Of a stretch of DNA of 52,833 nt, positions 9,000 to 15,646 are shown piece after piece. This DNA is from Planctomycetaceae bacterium UBA969 (lineage in GTDB: Bacteria; Planctomycetota; Planctomycetia; Gemmatales; Gemmataceae), in assembly GCA_002303765.1 (NCBI GenBank), contig DBCB01000122.1, positions 1 to 52,833 on the forward strand, given 5' to 3'. The notes below the pieces were generated by a model, which saw only the letters and a list, made by a program, of their open reading frames with translations, made no database searches and was not told the DNA's origin. Both the position numbers and the translations under genes were made by a program. Each line of letters starts with the position of its first letter. Positions within the stretch are counted from its first letter, which is position 1.

Positions 9000-9907
9000 G
9001 GGTCAAGCACGCAGCGAAATCCCGTGTGAGAAAGACCAGTATCTTCCGCACCATGCATTCTTAAACCAACCCGGTATCGAACGCAGTAATTAGAACTGCA
9101 AAGAAAAGAGCCACCCCTTTGTACCCGAACCTTTGCTTCGTTCCCATGCGGATCGATAGGCGAGGCAGGGCCCTTAGGATTTAACAAGGGTATTTTTAAT
9201 GCGTCTGAATCTAAGCCACGATACAAAAGTGAATAAGCATCAGGCCTGTACCAGTCTGCGCACCATTCCCACACATTGCCACTGACATCGTATAACCCGT
9301 ATCCGTTTGCTGGATAACTTTTAACCGGCGCTGTGCCACCAAACCCATCGGTTTTATCATCCCGGTTAGGGAAGGGGCCTTGCCAAATGTTGGCCCTAGG
9401 TTTGCCTTCGAATGGTGATTCGGATCCCCATGAATAAGGCTGACGTTCTAATCCTCCTCTTGCAGCATATTCCCACTCTGCTTCTGTAGGTAATCGATAC
9501 CCACCCTTGGTGTTTGCATTCAGTTTCTTGATAAACTCTTGACAATCATTCCAAGTTACATCCGTTACGGGCAACTTGGCCCCCTTATTGGAACTTGGGT
9601 TGTTTCCCATCAACGCTTCCCATTGCTCCTGCGTGACCTCATACTTACCTAGGTAAAATGATTTTGATAAAGTAACTTCGTGAAGTGTTTCATTGTTACT
9701 GCGACCTTTTTCATCCTCTGGAGACCCCATCGTAAACTTACCTGAAGGAATCAAAACTAACTCTAGATTCAAATTCTTGCCTAAGTTGACCAAGGCTATT
9801 TTAGGTTCTGAGCTTTGGGTTAATTCTAAAATCGATAACAAAAAAATCGCAGCAACGCATTCATTTCTTATAAGCTTCATACCTTGCCCCACCTGATTTA
9901 GTTTCAT
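8996..9907 (-). CDS. Formylglycine-generating enzyme (FGE/SUMF1 family), catalytic Cys pair intact, with N-terminal signal or anchor
   Basis: YRLPTEAEWEYAARGG, NVWEWCADWY, RGGSFLCSSNYCVRYRV...GFRC. Cys codons at 9098-9100 and 9083-9085. Hydrophobic leader MKLIRNECVAAIFLLSILELTQS (alternative start at 9880). Confidence 0.85.
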   Translation of the reverse strand: MKLNQVGQGMKLIRNECVAAIFLLSILELTQSSEPKIALVNLGKNLNLELVLIPSGKFTMGSPEDEKGRSNNETLHEVTLSKSFYLGKYEVTQEQWEALMGNNPSSNKGAKLPVTDVTWNDCQEFIKKLNANTKGGYRLPTEAEWEYAARGGLERQPYSWGSESPFEGKPRANIWQGPFPNRDDKTDGFGGTAPVKSYPANGYGLYDVSGNVWEWCADWYRPDAYSLLYRGLDSDALKIPLLNPKGPASPIDPHGNEAKVRVQRGGSFLCSSNYCVRYRVGLRMHGAEDTGLSHTGFRCVLDP

Positions 9908-10073
9908 GGAACGATTTAGTTTTCAATACTTTAAATTAGATTAACGCAAATCAGTGGCTGGTTACAACAAAATGAAATTTTAAACTTTTAATTACGGTAC
10001 ATATTTTAATAAGAATTGAAACTCGATTATAAATTAGAGTTATAAAATTCGCCTAGTTGAATATTTAATTAAA

Positions 10074-10103
10074 CCAATCAAAGTTTATGGGTGCTTTGAT
10101 TGG
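10074..10103 (-). terminator. Candidate terminator hairpin for the upstream minus-strand operon
   Basis: Perfect 10-bp stem CCAATCAAAG / CTTTGATTGG with a 10-nt loop. On the minus strand it is followed by TTTAATTAAATATT. It lies about 210 nt past the stop at 10314, so the assignment is tentative. Confidence 0.3.
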
Positions 10104-10313
10104 AATGCTTGCAGAGAAATAAGGCAGAAAAATGGAGATTAAAAACACAGCCCACCCGCCTCCGTGGGTAGACTTTGTAAGAAAAGTGGGAAGAAAAAGT
10201 AAAACACTCGGACTTGCAAAGTAAAAGGCCATTTTCCTGAAGGGAAGAGGGTTGGCAGTTGAGGGAAATAAAAGAAATAATGAATAATCAAAACGACATT
10301 AATAGTAAATTAT

Positions 10314-11210
10314 TTAGTTTGGTATAAGGCTTTCAATAAAATTTTTGCAATAACTAGAAGCCCAATCTTTAGCACCCGTCGACCGAGCCAAGGTACGGCC
10401 ACCGCCCCCAATCAGCCAGAATGCAGGCAGGGTTTGCACCTCATAGCGGGCCAGGCCAATACCAGAAGTTTCAACAACGATTTTAATGCCAGGCGCATAT
10501 TTCGAAGCAATTTGTTGCGCAACTTTTGCATCCTCTTCATCCGTGCAAACATGCAGCACAACAAACGATTTTCCCTGAAACGATTTCTCAAGTTCCAACA
10601 GGGATTGCATTTCCTTTAAGCAATGCGGGCACTGCACGCCCCAGAAATGAAGCATCACTGTTTTATCTTTGTAATCTGAAAGCTTTAATTTATTCCCCTG
10701 CTCATCTTCCAATTGCAATAACGGTGCAGGGCTATTCGCAACTAAAACAAACCCAGCATCTACAGCAAGCTGGTCGGTTTTAGAAAAAACTTTCATGGTG
10801 AGAGATGGGTTTTGATCTGCCAACTTCAAAACATGCTTCGCCAAGGCATCCAGAGCAGGTTCTGCCAAAGCATTTTTAATTCCGGGCATTACGGTGCCCG
10901 GAATTCCGTCAACAATTACTTTCTTAATCGAAGGTAAATCGACCAGAGTTTTCCAAGGACGCAGAGAAAAATCTCGAGGTGCGCTTTTTAAATTCTGGGC
11001 GGAGACTCCATCTCCCCTTCCTTCAGACCCATGGCAAGATGCACACATTCCCTGATAAAGAAATGGCCCCCTAGAAGCCGATTGCTCTGATGTTGGGTTT
11101 TTGGGTGTGCTTCTTTTTCCAATTAACAATCCGCCAGCGACTGCAATGGCAAAAAGCCCAACCATGGTTGCGATTAAAACGGAATTTCCTTTTGCAGGCA
11201 TCTGGCTCAT
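10314..11210 (-). CDS. Membrane-anchored c-type cytochrome fused to a TlpA/ResA-like thioredoxin (thiol:disulfide oxidoreductase) domain
   Basis: TM helix VLIATMVGLFAIAVAGGLLI. Heme motif CASCHGSEGRGDG. Thioredoxin active site FWGVQCPHC. Start moved to the ATG at 11210, which forms an ATGA overlap with the upstream stop (the track start 11243 would overlap by 37 nt). Confidence 0.8.
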   Translation of the reverse strand: MSQMPAKGNSVLIATMVGLFAIAVAGGLLIGKRSTPKNPTSEQSASRGPFLYQGMCASCHGSEGRGDGVSAQNLKSAPRDFSLRPWKTLVDLPSIKKVIVDGIPGTVMPGIKNALAEPALDALAKHVLKLADQNPSLTMKVFSKTDQLAVDAGFVLVANSPAPLLQLEDEQGNKLKLSDYKDKTVMLHFWGVQCPHCLKEMQSLLELEKSFQGKSFVVLHVCTDEEDAKVAQQIASKYAPGIKIVVETSGIGLARYEVQTLPAFWLIGGGGRTLARSTGAKDWASSYCKNFIESLIPN

Positions 11211-12619
11211 GGTTTCGATTCTTTCACCACTATTGCACCGCACCTTACCTTCTTGAATTTTATCGCTTTTCCAGCTTCAGATAGTTCATTCCAAGCAATA
11301 AGTAAATCCCCATCTTGGGCGATTGCAATCGCAGGCCTGGTTTGAAACACTCCAGATTTTTCATCTACGGCCTTCACTGAGCCAAATTTCTTCCCTTCTT
11401 TTTCGAACGTAGCAACCATAATGTTTCGACCAACCCCGGCACTAAAATCCTGCGCTCCATGTTTGTGTTCTGCACCCGCATCAACTACCAATGCCGCTTC
11501 CTTACTTTCCTCCCAAACCACATGCACATCACCTCGTGCATCCAGCGCCAACTTGGCATTTCCCTGACTCCCCTGAGTGATTGGGTGTAACTCCGTTGCA
11601 GTGAATTTCATTTCATTACAGTTGGCGTAAGCATGATAACAACGCTGCGAACCAGAGCGGGCATCCATCCAAGTGATGTGGAATGTATCACCGGCCAAGA
11701 CCATAGAGGCACCATCATGAGGGCAGCCATCGAACTTCCACGTTGGGGAAATAACAGGGATAGGAGCTTCAAAAGAACTTGCACCGGGCTTCCTTCGACT
11801 GATATAAAAATCGCGGTATCCATCTTGGATATTTCGAAATGCGACATAAACAGTGCCATCTAAAGCGACCAGAGTTGAGGTTGGGCAGCAAGGGCAAACA
11901 CCTTTATCCGGATCCCCCGCGCCCGCAGTTTCTTCCATTGCGAACTCGGTTTTTGCGGGTCCTTTTACTGAAGCAAATGTTTTTTGTTTCTTATCACGAT
12001 TATCAAGCCATGAAGAAACCATGGTGCCATCTTGGCCAAGAGATATGGAGGTAAAAGCAGCACGGGCATTTTCACCATGGTGAACCGGGGCAGGGGTTCC
12101 GAAGCTTTCGCCACCATCCTTGGAGGAAGAAACCACCATCCGAACGCCGCTTAAATCGGGCAACGCCTCAGTCCAAGCCAGAAAGATTTCGTCCTTCCCT
12201 GCAATCACATGGGGAGTCATGCGGACATCGCGGGAAATGGTTTTACCCTTCATCTGGGATACGGCTTTGAATATGCCAGACTTGATCACTTCTTTAGCTG
12301 GATTGAAAGACTCACCCTGATTGTCCGATGTTGCAAGCAAAAGTTTCTTGTCTGCATCACTGGTCTGAGAGGCCCAAGCAAGATAAATCCGGCCCTTGCC
12401 ATCGACTGCAAGGCTAGGGCGTTCCTGAGTATCCTTGACATCATATTGCTCGAGGGGGAAACTCTTGGAACCCCCCTTTAGCTCTGATTGATTACAGCAG
12501 GAAGAAGGAAGAGAAGTAGGGCCATCAAAATCGGTTGCGAGGTACAACCCCAGAGATCCACCAAGAATTACGGGAACCCCAAGGAACAATAACTTCAGCC
12601 ATGAGCCATTACTTATCAT
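11207..12619 (-). CDS. BNR/Asp-box repeat beta-propeller protein (sialidase-like fold), N-terminal TM anchor
   Basis: Asp-boxes SDNQGESF and SKDGGESF. Repeated blade endings (YLAWASQ, FLAWTE, YVAFRN, HITWMD, VHVVWEE, LLIAWNE). Cys clusters SSCCNQ, GVCPCCPTS, DGCPHDG. Confidence 0.7.
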   Translation of the reverse strand: MISNGSWLKLLFLGVPVILGGSLGLYLATDFDGPTSLPSSCCNQSELKGGSKSFPLEQYDVKDTQERPSLAVDGKGRIYLAWASQTSDADKKLLLATSDNQGESFNPAKEVIKSGIFKAVSQMKGKTISRDVRMTPHVIAGKDEIFLAWTEALPDLSGVRMVVSSSKDGGESFGTPAPVHHGENARAAFTSISLGQDGTMVSSWLDNRDKKQKTFASVKGPAKTEFAMEETAGAGDPDKGVCPCCPTSTLVALDGTVYVAFRNIQDGYRDFYISRRKPGASSFEAPIPVISPTWKFDGCPHDGASMVLAGDTFHITWMDARSGSQRCYHAYANCNEMKFTATELHPITQGSQGNAKLALDARGDVHVVWEESKEAALVVDAGAEHKHGAQDFSAGVGRNIMVATFEKEGKKFGSVKAVDEKSGVFQTRPAIAIAQDGDLLIAWNELSEAGKAIKFKKVRCGAIVVKESKP

Positions 12620-12655
12620 TGATTATACTCCTTATACCACATCAATACTTTGCTT

Positions 12656-13765
12656 TTAAGGTAGAGTCCCAACTTCGCCCCCATCACGCGTTGCAGCAGC
12701 TTGCCACATTACAGAATCAATCTGATTAGTGACAAACCTTACCGAGCCATCCACCATAGCACAATTTGCACCGCCCGAGTGTTTACTTCGTGCAGCAAAC
12801 CATCCCCTACCATGGGCTCCACAATCTAGGGAAGTATCATTGGGCTTGAGAGTTGTGTTGAAAACCGAGTTCCAGTCTCGACCGCCCCAAAACCAAGTGC
12901 TGCCACGCAACACGCCCCATGCCCGCGTGCCGGTATCGCATTCTGTGGGCCGGGTTAAAACAACAGAGCCGCGTATCCACCCTCCAGGCATAACAGAATT
13001 CGAGGTAAAGGTGCCGGTATTAAGGGCAACATAATATTTACCCGTGTTGTCAGGCGGGGCAATGCTTGATGCAGGGGCAGTTCCACCCGGGCCCAGAAGG
13101 CATTCTGATGCAAGCAGCGTATTTGAAGCCCCATCCATTATCCCACTATACCTAACATTTGAACCGTACCAAAACATCCCATCCGTTGGAAATTGGGCAT
13201 CATAATTCACTTGTGTTGCAGTCGCCTTACCCGAACCCATGTTGAATACATAATTGGTGCCCGCAGTGGTAAAGGCATTGGGTGTGCGAGTTGTATTTGA
13301 TTGGGCAAAAAGCGGATTCCCGCCATCAGAAGAACATAAAAACATTTTTATCTGCGAACTAGCCGCAGGGTCATGAACGGGGTTAATATCTCCTCTCCAA
13401 CCGCTAAGGGTTGCAGGCTGCGTGTAATCGATCAACTTTTGCAAAGAGCCCTGTTCAAGGTAGGGCAATAAATTAGCAAGCACACCAAAGGCATAATGGG
13501 CGGTGGTCATACCTGCAGGAAGAGGTTTTGGCGCACCATCTGATAAGCCAGGAAAATAACCCCGAACCGATTCATGGTTAGCCATCCCTAGGGATATTTG
13601 CCTAAGGTTATTGGAGCAGCTCATTCTAGCTGCGGCTTCCCGCACTTTTTGCACAGCGGGCAATAAAAGCCCAATTAAAATTGCAATGATTGCAATTACG
13701 ACCAAAAGCTCTATCAGAGTAAAGGCTTTCCTTTTCATGGGAAGCAACTTTTTAAAAGAATTCAC
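12656..13765 (-). CDS. DUF1559 protein with prepilin-type N-terminal cleavage/methylation motif (planctomycete H-X9-DG family)
   Basis: [33 protein letters not shown] at the N-terminus. C-terminal [17 protein letters not shown] (H-X9-DG). An alternative start at 13738 ([12 protein letters not shown]) is possible. Confidence 0.9.
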   Translation of the reverse strand: MNSFKKLLPMKRKAFTLIELLVVIAIIAILIGLLLPAVQKVREAAARMSCSNNLRQISLGMANHESVRGYFPGLSDGAPKPLPAGMTTAHYAFGVLANLLPYLEQGSLQKLIDYTQPATLSGWRGDINPVHDPAASSQIKMFLCSSDGGNPLFAQSNTTRTPNAFTTAGTNYVFNMGSGKATATQVNYDAQFPTDGMFWYGSNVRYSGIMDGASNTLLASECLLGPGGTAPASSIAPPDNTGKYYVALNTGTFTSNSVMPGGWIRGSVVLTRPTECDTGTRAWGVLRGSTWFWGGRDWNSVFNTTLKPNDTSLDCGAHGRGWFAARSKHSGGANCAMVDGSVRFVTNQIDSVMWQAAATRDGGEVGTLP

Positions 13766-13889
13766 GACATTAACTCCTGTTTAATTTACTTGGATTAATT
13801 TCACAAAGGTTTGGATTGCTGCAATAAAAAATATGCAAGCAATAGTTCATCCCCAAAAAACGGGAACGCTTTGAAAACTGAAAAGTAAA

Positions 13890-14333
13890 TTAAATCCGAG
13901 GAGGCTTAAAGTTAGAAAGCTTTACACCACTGGAAAGAATGGAAGCATCTGTAGGTTGATTTGTATCAGAGGCGAGTATCAAATCAATTGAACCTATTTC
14001 TTGAATAGCCATATCAACACCAAACTGACTGATCAAATTCGTGCCTTTGCACTTATTGCTGGAAACGGGATTCAACCAGAGAATTTGAACACCCTGCCCC
14101 ACGGGGTTTTCTTGCAACAAGGCAAAATCATCCGAGGCCAATTCATTCGAAGAGCAGCATTTGCAATCATTACCACAACAAGAAATTTTGGCATTAGAAG
14201 TACAACAACCTTTAAACTGCAATGAAACTAGGGAATCTGGATTTGAAGTAAACGCCAAGGGTAAGCCAAATACATTCACCACTTGCCCTAGCAAGCAACC
14301 AAGGATCAGAAGTTGGGAAAGGTATTTGAGCAT
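13890..14333 (-). CDS. Small secreted hypothetical protein with a dense Cys cluster
   Basis: Signal-like N-terminus MLKYLSQLLILGCLLGQVVNVFG. Motif GCCTSNAKISCCGNDCKCCSS (CC-x7-CC-x3-C-x-CC). I recognise no family. Confidence 0.55.
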   Translation of the reverse strand: MLKYLSQLLILGCLLGQVVNVFGLPLAFTSNPDSLVSLQFKGCCTSNAKISCCGNDCKCCSSNELASDDFALLQENPVGQGVQILWLNPVSSNKCKGTNLISQFGVDMAIQEIGSIDLILASDTNQPTDASILSSGVKLSNFKPPRI

Positions 14334-14558
14334 GAATTCTTATAAAAGCAAATTTAACAAAAAAGCCATATTGCCCATCTTACCATTGAAAAAACCGTTT
14401 GCAATGAGTTAATGGGCATTATTTTGAGATACCGGTTTAATAATCATTATAGCAGCCATAACTTACAGCAAGTATTGACCAAACTAAAATTCTTAGGTAT
14501 GGGATTCGGGAAGGATGGACTATTGTCATTTAGGGGTGCTCCATTGAGCAAGAATATC

Positions 14559-15446
14559 ATGGCTAAGAACACAGTTTACGAGATTTTGGGATCTGCAATC
14601 ATAGTGGGATCGGTACTGACCGGGTGTGGTAAAAAATCTGCCCCAGAACCTATCGCCAAAGCAGAACCCGCTGAAGTAAAAGCAATCACGACTTCCAACC
14701 AAAATAACAAGCAAGAAGAAGCCACTGAAGATTTGCTGCACCAGCCATTCTTAAAAGCCGTTTGCATAGGTGATAACCCACCCGAATACTGTAACAGGCC
14801 ACCCGATGTAACTGTGACCAAGAAATCTGTTTACAAACTTTACGAAGCAGTACAGGCATGCTGGGCTGAGATTCGATTTAAAGACAAAGCTGGGAATTTG
14901 ATCGATTACACTGCAATTATTAGCACCGATCAAGGCGATATCGAGATGGAACTTTTTCCAACTCAGGCACCAAATCATGTTCGAAACTTCATCGCTCTTG
15001 CTAAGGTTGGTTATTACGATGGGCTATTCTTTGAAGAAGTTCATCTCGAAGAATCAGAAGAACCTGTGGTTAAGCTGGAACAACTGCGCGCTGGTTGCCC
15101 ATTGGGAACAGGCGAGGTAGGCTATGGCAGTATCGGATATTGGCTAAAGCCTGAATACAGCCCTGAAACCAAGCACGAAGCAGGCACAATCGGCTCTTTT
15201 TACGAATTAGATCCAGAAACCTCTGCCTGCAGGTTTTACCTTAATTTAGATAAAGCCCCATTCATGGACGAAAACTACAGCGCAATTGGCAAAATTACCA
15301 AAGGGATGGAAGTTGCCAAGAAAATCTACACTATGCCCTTAAAAGCTGAAAATGATGAGGGAAGTCGCAAGCCTGAAAAGCCTGTAACGATAAAGAAAAT
15401 AACAATTCAAACGAGAAATAGTGTCAATACGGTTGCGGGCCGATAA
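14559..15446 (+). CDS. Cyclophilin-type peptidyl-prolyl cis-trans isomerase, lipoprotein
   Basis: GDIEMELFPTQAPNHVRNFIALAKVGYYDGLFF cyclophilin core. Start moved to the ATG at 14559, giving MAKNTVYEILGSAIIVGSVLTGC (lipobox LTGC). The track start 14412 adds a non-signal extension. Confidence 0.85.
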   Translation: MAKNTVYEILGSAIIVGSVLTGCGKKSAPEPIAKAEPAEVKAITTSNQNNKQEEATEDLLHQPFLKAVCIGDNPPEYCNRPPDVTVTKKSVYKLYEAVQACWAEIRFKDKAGNLIDYTAIISTDQGDIEMELFPTQAPNHVRNFIALAKVGYYDGLFFEEVHLEESEEPVVKLEQLRAGCPLGTGEVGYGSIGYWLKPEYSPETKHEAGTIGSFYELDPETSACRFYLNLDKAPFMDENYSAIGKITKGMEVAKKIYTMPLKAENDEGSRKPEKPVTIKKITIQTRNSVNTVAGR

Positions 15447-15487
15447 GATAGAAATATGTCCGCACCAGCGGGCGCGGTTTAATTAGC

Positions 15488-15611
15488 CGCAGCGAGGCGC
15501 TGGGAGGGGCCCCACGCAAAGGGAAGTTGTTAACCTGGTCAGGCCGGAAGGTGCAGCCATACGCAGCGTACCCTTGTGCAGTGGATTCGCCTCTCTCGGC
15601 GCCACGCTGCG
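15488..15611 (+). ncRNA. ffs: Signal recognition particle RNA (small bacterial 4.5S type)
   Basis: Conserved helix-8 core CCUGGUCAGGCC-GGAA-GGUGCAGCC (compare E. coli GGUCAGGUCCGGAAGGAAGCAGCC). Terminal helix GCAGCGAGGCGCUGGGAGG pairs with CCUCUCUCGGCGCCACGCUGC. GC-rich island in AT-rich surroundings. The position upstream of dnaX is a recurrent bacterial arrangement. Ends are accurate to about 5 nt. Confidence 0.8.
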
Positions 15612-15646
15612 CCTTACTTTTTCCTTACTTTTCTATAAATCGATCC

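Noticed and set aside
10132-10224. 30-codon plus-strand ORF (MEIKNTAHPPPWVDFVRKVGRKSKTLGLAK) in the long AT-rich spacer
   Set aside because: There is no supporting signal (no ribosome-binding site or conservation information) and the composition simply reflects the purine-rich strand. It is too short to call from sequence alone.
14412-14558. 49-codon N-terminal extension of the cyclophilin ORF
   Set aside because: The extension is not signal-like. The internal ATG at 14559 yields a textbook lipoprotein signal (LTGC lipobox). The extension would also remove most of the divergent promoter region.
15527-15646. ORF-track N-terminal extension of dnaX (MLTWSGRKVQPYAAYPCAV...)
   Set aside because: This stretch is occupied by the SRP RNA (conserved helix-8 core and terminal helix). 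The extension has no DnaX-like sequence. A good ATG with a canonical DnaX N-terminus follows at 15647.
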